Origin: Chiloscyllium plagiosum
Lineage: Eukaryota
NCBI RefSeq assembly: GCF_004010195.1
Contig: NC_057711.1
Span: forward strand, 78,103,371-78,167,370
Length of the DNA: 64,000 nt
Direction: 5' to 3'
This document shows, piece by piece, positions 1 through 12,459 of this stretch (position 1 is the first letter of the stretch; the number at the start of each line of letters is the position of its first letter). Below the pieces are notes generated by a model, which saw nothing but the letters and a program-made list of their open reading frames with translations, did no database searches and had not been told where the DNA came from. A program made the translations under genes and the position numbers.

Positions 1-252
1 GCCTTCCTAACCTGCAATCTTCTTCCTAACCTCTCCGCCCCCACCCCAGTCTGATCTATCACCCTCACCTTGACCTCTTTCAACCTATCACATTTCCGAC
101 GCCCCTCCCCCAAGTCCCTCCTCCCTACCTTTTATCTTAGCCTGCTGGACAAACTTTCCCCATTCCTGAAGAAGGGCTTATGCCCGAAACGTCGATTCTC
201 CTGTTCCCTGGATGCTGCCTGACCTGCTGCGCTTTTCCAGCAACACATTTCC
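1..252 (+). mobile_element. PLE-type terminal repeat fragment, family A (runs off the window start)
   Basis: Pyrimidine-rich stretch, then a hammerhead motif and about 80 nt identical to the right arm of the 11281-11489 element. Confidence 0.75.
162..197 (+). ncRNA. Minimal type I hammerhead ribozyme motif, family A
   Basis: ATTC-CTGAAGA-A-GGGC-TTAT-GCCC-GAAAC-GTC-GATT: CUGANGA box, 4-bp stem II, GAAA box, palindromic ACGT in place of stem III, GUC triplet; stem I is weak. Confidence 0.7.
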
Positions 253-254
253 AT

Positions 255-600
255 CACATGGAATGAATCAAATTGGTTAAAGACTGATGTATGTGATGTG
301 GTGACCTACTAATGATGGCAAGCTGAATCATCCACTTGGTACTTCTGCCTGAAGATGGTTATAAATGCGTCCGTTTTTTTAACACTGGTCCTTGGTTTGT
401 CCATCACTGTTATGGGTATACCTACATCAGATGGAGGGCAGCAATGAAAATCAAGTTGCACAGCATCACCTTAAGAACAAATAGGAATGATCAATAATTG
501 CATGTCTCAGGAACAGGAGCACATTAAGTCCACGATTGTTCCATCCCGCTAGATGATGTGATGATAGTATTCCTTGATGTTATCAATACGAAAAACCCTT
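255..600 (-). mobile_element. Decayed LINE fragment related to the 13203-16345 element
   Basis: Visible similarity to about 14899-15060 and 15420-15480. Confidence 0.5.
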
Positions 601-1039
601 TCAATCTCTATGATGAACACACTCATTAACTGAGTTTCCTTAACCCTTTTAAAAAGGGTACTCCAAACAATCATTATTCTGAGTGAAAAGGTGGGTACGG
701 TCTGTCAAACTATCATGCTGCCAAGTTATCTAAATGTTCAGCCATTTAAAATTAACATAAACCTGCCTGAGCAGATGAAAATCAGTTCTAACTGTTTTAA
801 TAGTTGTTCGTTGACAGAACCACAAGTGCTTTCATTCGAACATTGTGAATATTTGACTGCTTTCCATAACCTATCGTCACTGTGGAGGGGAAATGGGTGT
901 TCTTGTTATATATTGATTGACAGCTCAGAGAGGTCATTAAAAGATTTGATGTGGGATTATTAATTAAGTCTGGAGGGAATTTATGTGCTTTGAACAGGCA
1001 TTCATGATTGAGTTTTTAAAAAAATCTTTTTTGAGGGAC

Positions 1040-1312
1040 AAGGACAGCAGATACATTAGAGCACCACCAAATGCAAGCTTCCCATCCAAACCACTCATCT
1101 TACTGACTTGGAAATAGATCACCATTCCTTCCCTGCTGCTGGGTCAAATCCCCAGAATTTCCCTCCCTTAAGACATTGAGGGTCTATCAATAGTACATGC
1201 CCTGTAACAGTTCAAGGTGACAGCTCACCACTACCTTCTCAAGGACAACAGGAAAATGCAATAAATGCTGACCCAGTCAGCATAACCTGTATGTCCCACA
1301 AATGAATAAAAA
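1040..1312 (+). mobile_element. LINE/SINE 3' end (tail shared with the 13203-16345 LINE)
   Basis: gcagttcaagg..cagctcaccac..ccttctcaagg..gcaataaatgctg..aatgaataaaaa tail, reverse-similar to 13203-13400. Confidence 0.6.
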
Positions 1313-1574
1313 GGAATAATAGATATTGAGAACTTTATTTCTTCTCAGCATGGTTTCTGAGATTCCTCATGGTGGGTATAAGGTGAATTGGTATGGAGGA
1401 TATACGGGGAAATTGTGATTAGGTTACAACTTGGCACTACGATGGCACTGGAGCATAAACCAGCAAAATCATGCACTGGGGCCTTCGGTTAACATAGATT
1501 GTTACGTATGGGCATGTGGCTACAGGGCTTACTGTTTCCAGAAATGACTGGGACAAAGTCCTGGAGAACCAGAG

Positions 1575-1790
1575 TAACATAGAACATAGATAGAACATAG
1601 AAGAATACAGCGCAGTACAGGCCCTTCGGCCCTCGATGTTGCGCCGATCCAAGCCCACCTAACCTACACTAGCCTACTATCCACCATATGCCTATCCAAT
1701 GCCCGCTTAAATGCCTATAATGAGGGAGAGTCCACCACTGCTACTGGCAGGGCATTCCATGAACTCACGACTTGCTGAGTAAAGTAACCT
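1575..1790 (-). mobile_element. CR1-type LINE 3' end with short-repeat tail
   Basis: (CATAGAA)-type repeats at 1578-1606 followed by the reverse complement of a CR1-like 3' UTR and ORF end. Confidence 0.65.
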
Positions 1791-2255
1791 TTTCAACTCC
1801 ACACTCACCAGCCCCTGCTCTGTACCCAAGGGTAAGGCACAGCCTATCCCCACATCGATCCACTCCGCGGCTCCAGAAAAAACATCACATCATTTGACGA
1901 TGAAGCAAATCAAGAAATTCCCCAAATCCCACTTTCCACCAAATTCAGTCAAAATCCAAGCCCTTTGTATGCAGTATTATAGTGAACTGGAACCAGAATC
2001 TACAACTTTTACATTGGCATTTAACTAGAATAAATAAATGAAGCTCACATTCAAAAGGAAACAACTTTGGATTTCACTTGCTATTAATTGTTTCAATTAC
2101 AGGAAATTGTACAACAGTCAGACCACTTCGCCTTACTCAGACTCCCATTTCATTTATTTGGTATTATTTTCATTGTCAATTATTTACTTCATTTCTGTTA
2201 TTTGACTGAAATTAATTTTTGTGGCAAGTTCTGAAAGGAAACTAATTCTTTCAAT

Positions 2256-2575
2256 CATAGAATCCCTACAGTGTAGAAACAGGCCATTCGGCCCACTAAG
2301 TGCACACTGGCTCTCCTCGGAGCATCGCTCCCAGACTCTCATCTCTTCCATTGCCCTGTTAGTCTGCATTTCTCGTGGCTAATCCACCTAACCTGGCCAC
2401 TACTGGCAATTTAGCATGGCCAATCCACCTAACGTGCACATCTTTGGACTGTGGAAGGAAACCGGGGCATCTGGAGTAAGCCCACACAGATACGGAGAGA
2501 GCATGCAAATTCCGCTCAGATAGTCGCCAGAGACTGGAATTGAACCCAGGTCCCTGACGCTGTGAGGCAGCAGTG
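2256..2575 (-). mobile_element. HE1-type tRNA-derived SINE, 5'-truncated
   Basis: Reverse-complement match to 4449-4775. Confidence 0.8.
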
Positions 2576-3012
2576 TTTTTTTTTCCACAGTACTATCAAT
2601 AATCCGAGTGAAATACATAGCACAAAAAGAAGGTTCATAAACGAAGTGAATTAAGTTTCATCGTTACATGGAAGAACATAAACTTAATATTTAAGCTTTC
2701 TTTCCTGTGTGTTTCATCCAGGTCATTAATTGCATTGTAAAACATTTCCTTTCAGAAATTTCAGCATCAGGACAGAGACTCATTCAGCAAAAAAACTGAC
2801 TGAACACGGAAAAGTTTTTTTTTTAAAAACAGACGAAATGACACGAAAATTTGTGTAAATTGAGGAATATGGCACTGGTTATTCTTTACCAAAGCTATGA
2901 TAAGTGCCTCTGTTTTTGATAATGCCAATACTACACAAGATCCAGAAAAATAATTAACTTCAGAAATTTCCTCCATTTTTTGAGACGTTCGGAATTTCTA
3001 ACACTTTTTTTA

Positions 3013-3261
<249 letters not shown>

Positions 3262-3291
3262 TCAAACATAGAATATGTAAACTACAAACAG

Positions 3292-4010
3292 AATGGAGTT
3301 TAATTTAGATAAATGTGAGGTCCTGCATTTTGGGAAGGCAAATCAGGGCAAGACTTATACAGTTAATGGTAGGCTCCTGGGAAGTGTTACCAAACAAAAA
3401 GACTTGAGTGCAGGCTCATATTTCCTTGAAAGTGGAGTCCCAAGTAGACAGGGTACAGAAGGCTGCACTTGGTATGCTCGCCTCTGTTGGTCACTGCATT
3501 GAATGTAGAATTTGGAACGTCATGTTGCAGCTGTACTGGACATTGGTTAGACCACTTTTGGAATACTGCATGCAACTCTGGTCTCCTGGCTATTGAAAGA
3601 TGTTGTTAAACTTGACAGAGTGCAGAAAAGATTTACAAGGATGTTGCCAGGATTGGAGCATTTGAGCTTTAGGGAGAGGCTGAATAGACTGAGGTGCGAC
3701 CGGAGAGATATTTATAAAATCATGAGGGACATGGTGAATAACCTAGATCTTTTTCCCAGGATAGGGGAGTCCAAAACGAGAGGGCATAGGTTTAAGGTGG
3801 GAAGGGAAGATTTAAAAGGGACCTAAGGGGCAACATTTTCATGCAGAGGGTGATACATGTATGGAATAAGCTGCCAGAGCATGTGGAGGCTGGTACAATT
3901 ACAACAACATTTAAAAGACATCTGGATGGGTACATGAATGGAAAGGATTTAGAGTGATATGGGCTAAATGCTGGCAAATGAGACTGGTTCAATTTAAGAT
4001 ATCTGGTCAG
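3292..4010 (+). mobile_element. CR1-type LINE ORF2 3' fragment
   Basis: Frameshifted ORFs MEFNLDKCEVLHFG, LVRPLLEYCMQLWSP and RVQKRFTRMLPGL, typical of the CR1 ORF2 C-terminus. Confidence 0.85.
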
Positions 4011-4448
4011 AGAGAGAGAGACCACCAGCAGAGAGACAATGGGATATAGTAGTTTAAACAGAAACAACTACCTTCATTCTTAGTTTTATTAAGAATCAGC
4101 TCCACCAGTGAAGTGTGTTAAATGTTGCGCTGGAATTTGTAAAGTCCAACTTTTTAAACAACCTTTAAATATCTCATCACCTAAGTGGGACTTTAAACAA
4201 AGTAGTTAAGGTTTGAAATAGGATAAGACCTTTTAATTTGTAACATGGGTGATTTGGTAATGTCTTTAAACAGCTCAATTAACAATATTGGGGCCTCTTG
4301 TGGCATTGTGGTATGGCTTTCCCTGATCCAGAGGGCTCCATTTGAGGGGCACTATTCCTACATCTGGACCAGAAGGCTCTGTTTCAAATCCCATCTGCTC
4401 CAGTTTTTAAAAAAAGTACTGATAACAAAAGGATTTAGAGTGGATTTG

Positions 4449-4775
4449 GTGGGCAGCACGGTGGCACAGTGGTTAGCACTGCTGCCTCACAGCGCCTGAG
4501 ACCCGGGTTCATTTCCCGCCTCAGGCGACTGACTGTGTGGAGTTTGCACGTTCTCCCCGTGTCTGCGTGGGTTTCCTCCGGGTGCTCCGGTTTCCTCCCA
4601 CAGTCCAAAGATGTGCAGGTCAGGTGAATTGGCTATGCTAAATTGCCCATAGTGTTAGGTAAGGGGTAAATGTAGGGGTATGGGTGGGTTGCGCTTCGGC
4701 GGGTCGGTGTGGACTTGTTGGGCCGAAGGGCCTGTATCCACACTGTAATGTAATCTAATGTAATCTAATCTAATC
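4449..4775 (+). mobile_element. HE1-type tRNA-derived SINE, full length
   Basis: A box TGGCACAGTGG, B box GGTTCATTTCC, V-SINE-like core GGGTTTCCTCCGGGTGCTCCGGTTTCCTCCCACAGTCCAAAGA, (TAATC)n tail. Confidence 0.88.
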
Positions 4776-4928
4776 TCTAATAGCAAAAGACAGCTAGGTT
4801 TTGAGGGAGGTTCTTTGTATAGTGTTGTGTTCTTACCACTGAGCCAGAACATATCAAGACAGATTGGTTTAAAAAAGTTAAAAATCACACAACACCAGGT
4901 TATAGTCCAACAGGTTTAACTGGAAGCA

Positions 4929-4963
4929 CACTAGCTTTCGGAGCGACGCTCCTTCATCAGGTG
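4929..4963 (-). ncRNA. Minimal type I hammerhead ribozyme motif, family B
   Basis: Minus strand CAC-CTGATGA-A-GGAGC-GTC-GCTCC-GAAA-GC-TA-GTG: stem I CAC/GTG, 5-bp stem II, palindromic AGCT, CUA triplet. Confidence 0.8.
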
Positions 4964-6075
4964 ATAGTGGAGGGCTCAATCCTAACACAGAATTTATAGT
5001 AAAAATTTACAGTGTGATGTAACAAAATTATACATTGAAAAATTGATTGTTAAGTCTTTCATCTGTTTAAATACCATGATAGTTTCACTTCTTTCACCAA
5101 TGGAAACATCGTCACAAAATGTTTTATTAAAAAGTTGCATTCTTGGGTTAGCTGTTAACAATGGTGATAGCTAGACAATATGTTGAAGGTGTTGGCTCCC
5201 TGTGTTCTGTCTATGCCATGATTTTTAGATTGATTCTAATCTAAAAAGAGAGATAACGGAGTTCTACATGAATGCCTGCAGTCTTTGAGCAAAGTACAAT
5301 GTAACCCTGAAAGTACAAATTCACCCCACAAAATACATGTGTGCATATGGGTCTTTGTCTGTCTGTCTGTGTGTGTCCCCGTCTGGGTTGGGGGTTTAGA
5401 GTGCGAGAAAGAGTGTGTGTGTGTCTGTGTATGTGTCTGTGTGTGTGTGTGTCTGTGTGTAGTGAATGTAGACTGTCTTAAGTCTGTGAGGGGGTGCATG
5501 TGAGAGTGTGGGAGTGTGTATGTCTGTAAGGGTGGGTGTGGGTGTCCGTGTGTATGTGTGCATAGGAGTGCCTGTGTGTGCACATAGACACCCACACCCA
5601 CCCTTACAGACATACACACTCCCACATGCACCCTACACTCACTACACACACACAACCCCCAACCCAGACAGACCCACACACAGACAGACAAAGACCCATA
5701 CACACATATTTTGTGGGGTGAATTTGTACTTGCAGGGTTACAGTGTATTTTGCTCAAAAACTGCATGCATTCATGTAAAACCCCATTATCTCCCTTTTTA
5801 GATTAGAATCAATCTAAACATCATGGCATAGACAGAGAACACAGGGGGCTAATACCTTCAACATATTGTCTAGCTATCACCATTGTTAACAGCTAACCCA
5901 AGAATGCAACTTTTTAATAAAAAGTTTTGTGATGTACACATGAAAGAAGTGAAACTATCATGGTATTTAAACAGATGAAAGATTTAACAGACTATCAATT
6001 TTTCAATGTATAATTCAGTTACATCACACTAAGTTTTTGCTATAAATTCTGTGTTAGGATTGAGCCCTCTACTAT

Positions 6076-6110
6076 CACCTGATGAAGGAGCGACGCTCTG
6101 AAAGCTAGTG
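6076..6110 (+). ncRNA. Minimal type I hammerhead ribozyme motif, family B
   Basis: CAC-CTGATGA-A-GGAGC-GAC-GCTCT-GAAA-GC-TA-GTG; G-U pair at the base of stem II. Confidence 0.75.
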
Positions 6111-6374
6111 TGCTTCCAATTAAACCTGTTGGACTATAACCTGGTGTTGTGTGATTTTTAACTTTGTACACCCCAGTCCAACACCGTCATCTCCAAATCA
6201 TGGTTTCAAAAAAGGGTTCTTCCCCATTGGAATGTTGACTTCCAGACAAGGAAAGGATCCAGAAGGGGAAAGTGGAACTCATCTACAACAAAACCTTTGT
6301 ATGTCTCTGAAAGTAGTTTGTTGCAATAATTCAACGTATGGATATGGATCTGTGAAACAATATTTCTCAAAAAA

Positions 6375-7805
6375 AACTAAGATGAAATGGCTCATGAGAC
6401 ACTTGATGCATTGGTAGTAATTTTCCAATACTCCATAGATTTGGGGGAAGGTTCCACTGGATTGGAAAGGGTGGATGTAACACCTTTATTCAAAAAAGGA
6501 TACGCTCAAAGCAGGAAACTAAAGGACCATTTTATTATCAAAGATATTATGGCAGGCGCACTCAAAGGTTCAAGGAAATCAGGCAGAGGGTCAGCATGGT
6601 ATTCAGAAAGAAAAATCATGTTTAACAAATTAATTGGAGCTCCTTGAGGAAGTAACATGTGCTTTGAATAAAAGGGAAATTGGTGCATGCTCTGTACTTA
6701 GATTCAGAAGGCATTTAATAAGGTGCCACAAAGGTTTGGTGGGAAACAGAAGTCCACGGTGTAGGGTGTAACATATTGACATGAAGTTTGGCTGGCTAAC
6801 TGCAAGCCAAGTGTAGACTTAAATGGTCATTTTCCAGTTGGTATGACATGATGTCTGGCGTGCCACAAGGACCAGTAATGGGACCTCAAATTCTTACAAT
6901 TTATATAAATTACTTTGTGAAAGGAGTCAAAAGTATGGCTGCTACATTTGCTTGAGACACAAAGATAGCCAAGAAAGCCAGTTGTGTAGTAGAGGGCATT
7001 ACAACACCAGATACAGATGGGTTATAAGTGAGTGGACAAAGATCTGACAAAGGGAAATGTGAAACTGTCCATTTTGCAAACAGGAATAGAAATAAAGCAT
7101 ATAATCCAAATGGTGAGAGATTACAGAACTTGGAGATACAAGAGATCTGGGTGACCCTGTGCATAAAATACACAAGGTTACTGCAAAGGTTTAACAAAGA
7201 ATAATGACAGCTAAGAGAATATTATTGTTTATTCAGAGTGGAATGCAATACAAGGAGGGAGGTCATTCTTCAAACCCACAGAGCACTGGGGAGACCACAT
7301 CTGGACCACCATACATAACACTGGTCTCCTTATTTAAGAAAGAATTCAAGCATCTTGGAAGCAGTTCAGGCAGGTTGACTAGACTAAAACCTAGAATGGG
7401 TGGATTATCATACATAAGGAAAGATTGGGCAGGCTCAGCTTGTAGCTGCTGGAGTTTAGAGGTGTAACAGGCAACTTGACTGAAACAATCAAGATCCTGA
7501 GGGGTCCTGACAGAGCAGATATGGTAAGGATGCTTCCACTTGAGGTAGTTTTGAATTAAAGATCACCATATAAAAATAAGGGATCATCCATTTAAGAGAC
7601 AGGTAAAGGTTTTTTTCCCCTCACAGAAGGTCATGAATCTTTGAAATGTCCTTCCTCAAAAGGCTGTGGAAGCATCTTTAAGATAGAGGTTGCTCAGCAA
7701 GGGTGCGAAAGATTATCAGATATAATTGGGAATGTAGAGCAATGAGATCAGCCATGATCTTATTTAATGACAGAGCAGGTTCGAGGGTCCGTGCAGCCTA
7801 TTCTT
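6375..7805 (+). mobile_element. Decayed CR1-type LINE ORF2
   Basis: Remnants such as ALVVIFQYSID, VTPLFKKG and GVPQGPVMGP, with many stops and frameshifts. Confidence 0.7.
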
Positions 7806-8793
7806 GCTCTTAATGTGTATGCTCGCACTTAACAACAGAAGTATTTGCAGTGGATGCCTTTATACGGGACACATTCAAGAGTCAGGTTATCTATTTTATA
7901 CACACACATCACAAACTTCTTGCATCCAGGCAGACTTACTAGGCAAGGTCTTTCAGGTAGTTTCCAAACGGAAGTATTTCTTTCAAGTGCAAATAGAGAA
8001 TATAAATAATTTATAATGCACTGATCCATTCTTCACTAAGTCTCAGCCAAAAAAATGAAACTATGTCACTGCTTGAAAAAAGAAGAAACTAAGTTTATAA
8101 ATACCTACGCTGGAAAATCCACAACTACTTAAAATGAAGCTAATTTAGCTACTATCTCCAATTGGAGGCAGGACTTCTTATTTATTTTGATGGATAGGAA
8201 CTCATTGACTGAATTGCAAAGACAAAGGTAATATTCGAGGAATCTTATTCTCTTCTTTTTCAGAGGAGCTTACAGAAGTGCATATTTAATAAAATAGGGC
8301 TATGGCTTTAAATACATAAAAAATCTTTCAAATCACAATATTTAGAGAACTGTCCTTTAGATTCCCGGACTTTTATATTAACACCTTTTGGATTGCAAAT
8401 GTGGCTACTACACCATAAATTAAGGTTGATGCACACATTCATACATAAAAATATTGCCAGTGTGTTATCAAAAAATGCACACGGAGTAAATCATCAGTTC
8501 AAGAAATCACAAAGTCAAACATTAGAATCCAGAAAGGTTCGAAGATGGTTAGTCAGTCATTGCATTTCAGTTATCAGAATGCTGACTGACTTGGGATTTA
8601 GTATTAATTTGAGCTTGTGGTAAATACAATAGCCAAGTTAGTGCTATGTGTTTCTCAAACTGTGTTCCCTGAACAAGCGATGTAAATAAGTCTCCATTTT
8701 TACACAGATATTATGTTTTGATTCATGTGAAATTAACATGGTGCTTTCTCACATTAAAATGAAAAACCATTTCTAACTATCCAGTTTCAATAC

Positions 8794-8922
8794 CTGAAGA
8801 TTATGTTCTCCAAATCAAAAGGATATTCAATTATTCCAGTTGTTGGTACCCTGACACGCAGTATGTCTTGCTGAGTTGGTATATATATTGGTGAACTAAT
8901 GCGGTCTACGTCACTAAGATAG
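8794..8922 (-). CDS. GNA14: G-protein alpha subunit, Gq class, internal exon (exon 4 equivalent, 129 bp)
   Basis: Translates (Y)[42 protein letters not shown](R), containing switch I RVPTTG. Acceptor ttttccAG, donor GTa. Phase joins both neighbouring exons. Not in the ORF track. Confidence 0.93.
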
Positions 8923-11104
8923 CTGGAAAATGAAAACAGATCAATCACAGCAAATTACAAATCCTTCAATGTGATTCACTGCATCAATGTTTAAGAAAAG
9001 CAGAATTAAAACTGATGCATACCAACAGTTGCCGAAGACAAACATATTTAATAGTTTCTGGTTAGTCTAGTTCCTGAAATGTGACAAAATCCCATAGAAA
9101 CAAAACTTTATAGCAGAGTTACGGAGATGATTAAACCAAATCAGTCTGTCTACTTCTCTATTTGCAACAGTAAAATCAAAGCCTTAAAAAAAAACCCTCA
9201 AAATTGACCCCAATGTTTCCTAACCAGACTTTTGAATAGCCAATCGAAATGAATAATTAATTCCAAACATTGATTTGCATATTAAACAAAAGACTTAGCA
9301 ATTTATTACCAATATAGTAACTTGAGCACAGCAAAAGTTAAACAGCAAAGTAATCTAATTGGTCTATACTTACCCAGAGGTTTTTTTCAGGCCCATTCAC
9401 ACAAAAGGAAAACAGATAAACACTTAAGGGAGTAAAAGAAATAACAAAACTGGCAGATTACTTAAGTGGTTTTCATGATATGTTGTTCCATAGTGATAGA
9501 TGATGGTTGACTGAGTATGTTGATCAGAGTCACCTTTACAGTCACTCAGAGGGTGTCATACAGAGAGGTTAGACTGGGAGCTTTCAAATCTTGGTGTACT
9601 GTAGCGCAAACAACCAGATTCTTTCTTCATATCCAAAACACAATTCAATCTATGATCACTCCCTGACAGCTTAACCATATCCTCCATGTCCAAATTACTA
9701 TTCAACATCTGCCATCTGTCTCAGCACAAGGTCTTTGCCAGACTTGCTGGAATGAATTTCCATGGACTGACCTCAATAGCCAACTTCTGCTATCTGTTGG
9801 AACAATGTTTTTCCTTGGTGATAAAGTGTCTGCAGAACTTTTTGATCAGGAACCAACCTGTAATTAACTTCCAGGACATGCCTCAGCTCCGTTTTTCTTT
9901 TAAAAAGCTTTACCCACAATCCAGAAGTCATCTTTAGCTCACAGTTCTCAGTTCATTTCTTTTATCAATCTTGGTTTGGAGCAAAGTAAAAGTTATGAAT
10001 AACCATTGAGGGCTCCAAAACAAAAGAGGCACTAGTCCACTGTTGGCTCTTGACTAGAACAGTTCAAGCTAACAACATTGTTTTGCTTTCATCTCATTGA
10101 CTTATGTCTCCTTTATTGAAGAAATTTTAACAGTAAAGTATTTGAAATTCTAATCAATCACTACATCAAAATCTATGAAACTCTCGTTATTTACAATAAT
10201 ATTTCTAAATGAGTTATCCCTCATTACTGGAAACAGAGAAAATAGTTTTCAAAACCCTACAATACTTTGAAAGTATCAATTAAATATAGTCAGAGTCTCA
10301 CAGTTCCAATGGAAACAATTCCAATTTGCCCTAAGCCACAATTTCCTATTACTATATTGATAAATCCAAGTAATATGTGCTCTCCAGACTAGGGTTCTCT
10401 ATTTTCTTTCTTTCATATAAGGAAGACATTTTAACACTGTCATTCCCTTCCCTCAAAACCACAATTCAAATCACCTCTACAAATACAGATACAGAGAATA
10501 ATATGAACCTAACACTGACACTGTTTCCTCTTCTCAAACATATTTTCAATCCATGCTGCTATACTTTTCAATGCATGATGTGCCTCTGCTCCCATGGAGT
10601 GTAGCAGTTTCTCATAGCTACAGCTTTTCATTGCTGTTATCACTCAGACAAGTCTGCACTGTATATGCTCAATTGCTTTAATACTTTTTCCATAATGGCT
10701 GCCTATAACAATATGTCTTTGTCAATGTTATATCATGGAAATAAATTGAGGTTGAGACAGATGAAGTCAACTTGAGATAAAGAGCTTGTTTTCACAAGTG
10801 TGCAGCATGTCAAGATGAGATTTAACTTATTTTTAAAGAAACAACTTGCACATATGTAGCACTTTAATGTCAGAAAATGTCCTAAAGCAATTCACAGGGG
10901 GATTAACAAACTTGACAAAGAGACATAAGGAGGTATTACACACATACGCAGAAGTTGTCAACATGTAGGTTTGAAGGAGCACTTCAAAAGATAGAGGGAA
11001 TAAGGAGGTAATTCCAAACAATGAATTTAGGTAGTTAAAGCTGAAGTGCCCATGGTGCAACAACTAGGATAAGACCACCCTAAGACCTATGAGCAGCAGG
11101 CGGC

Positions 11105-12455
11105 CATTCAACCAGATTAGGGAAACCACTGGAGAAAATTCCAAAGGAGAGTATTAATCGCCACTTGGAGAAGCAAGATTTGATCAGGAAGAGACAGCAT
11201 GGCTTTGTCAAAAAGAGGTCACATCTAACAAATTTGATTTAATTTTGCAAAGATGGGTCCAAGTGTTTAGATTAAGGTAGCTGAAAATGTGTTGCTGGAA
11301 AAGCGCAGCAGGTCAGGCAGCATCCAGGGAACAGGAGAATCGACGTTTCGGGCATAAGCCCTACTTCAGGAAGGGCTTATGCCCGAAACGTCGATTCTCC
11401 TGTTCCCTGGATGCTGCCTGACCTGCTGCGCTTTTCCAGCAACACATTTTCAGCTCTGATCTCCAGCATCTGCAGACCTCACTTTCTCCTTTAGATTAAG
11501 GTAGTGCAGTTGATGTAGCTCATATGGATTTCAATAAAGCCTTTTATAAGGTCCCACATGGGAGGTGGATAAAGAAGGTAAAAGCACATGACAGCCAGAG
11601 TAACTTGGCAAAATAGATCCAAAATTAGGTTCCTGATAGGAGACAGAGGGTGGTGGTATAACATTTACATGAAGATTGGCTGAATGACTGATAGTGAAGA
11701 AGGTCTTAAGTTAAGGAGGATATAGGAGATTGATCAGATCGGCAAATTAAATTTAACCCTGGCACGAACGAGGTGATACAATTTGAAAGAAACACCACCA
11801 CAAAGGACTATTCAGTGAAGGGGAGGATGCTAGAAAGCTCAGAGAACAGTGGAATATTGAGGTGCTTGTCCACAGATCCCTAACAGGTTAGCAGAATACA
11901 GCTTCCAGTCACACATAGGTCATAACAGCAGGAGGCTATGTAGGAGATGTACAAAACTGGTTAACCCACAACTGTGTACAGCTCTGATTGCCACACTATA
12001 GGAAGGATGTGATTGCAGAAGGATGTGCAGGGGTTGCAGAAGAGATTCACGAGGATGTTGCCTGGGTTGGAACATTTTAGCAATGAGGAGAGACTGCATA
12101 ACCCCAGGTCAGCTTCTTTGCAGAAGATCGAGATGGAATGAGATTTAGTTATGTACAATTATGAGGGGCATTGACAGTGTGGTCAAAAGCAGCTATGCCC
12201 ATTAATCAATGAGTTAATAAAAAGAGGGGACAGAAAGAATTTGACAAAACTTTCTTCATTCAGACAGTGATAAGAATCTGCAATGCACCATCTGGGAGAG
12301 TAGTCATCGATAAGGCTCACAACCTTTAAAGTATGTGAATGAACACTTCAAATGTTCACAACATTCAGGTAATGGATCAAGTGCTGGAAAGTGGCATACA
12401 TATAGATAGGTCAATGGAGACTCAATGGGCTGTAGGGATCCTTCTGTGCTGTATG
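11105..12455 (+). mobile_element. Decayed CR1-type LINE, interrupted by a fold-back element
   Basis: QHGFVKKRS, MDFNKAFYKVPH and QKRFTRMLPGL remnants on both sides of the 11281-11489 insertion. Confidence 0.7.
11281..11489. mobile_element. Perfect fold-back PLE-type mini-element, family A
   Basis: 84-bp perfect inverted arms 11279-11362 / 11372-11455, 9-nt loop, 34-nt tail 11456-11489. Exact 15-bp TSD TTTAGATTAAGGTAG at 11266-11280 and 11490-11504. Confidence 0.92.
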
Positions 12456-12459
12456 ACTG

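Larger units (their letters stand above)
4874..6200. mobile_element. 1.3-kb fold-back PLE-type element, family B
   Basis: About 4874-5552 is the inverted copy of about 5581-6165. Unpaired tail 6166-6200. Imperfect TSD tggtttaaaaaag (4865-4877) / tggtttcaaaaaag (6201-6214). One hammerhead motif per arm. Confidence 0.85.

Noticed and set aside
4449..4525. tRNA gene (also 23852-23940)
   Set aside because: A/B boxes continue into SINE bodies found in several copies; no convincing cloverleaf.
5236..5801. Four overlapping ORFs up to 176 aa
   Set aside because: HT/VC-rich translations of (GT)n/(CA)n sequence inside the fold-back element.
11281..11489. MITE or pre-miRNA interpretation of the short hairpins
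   Set aside because: Asymmetric tails, 14-16 bp TSDs, variable fold-back points, linear copies of the same sequence and a 17-nt 3'-end-only insertion point to a retroelement origin.
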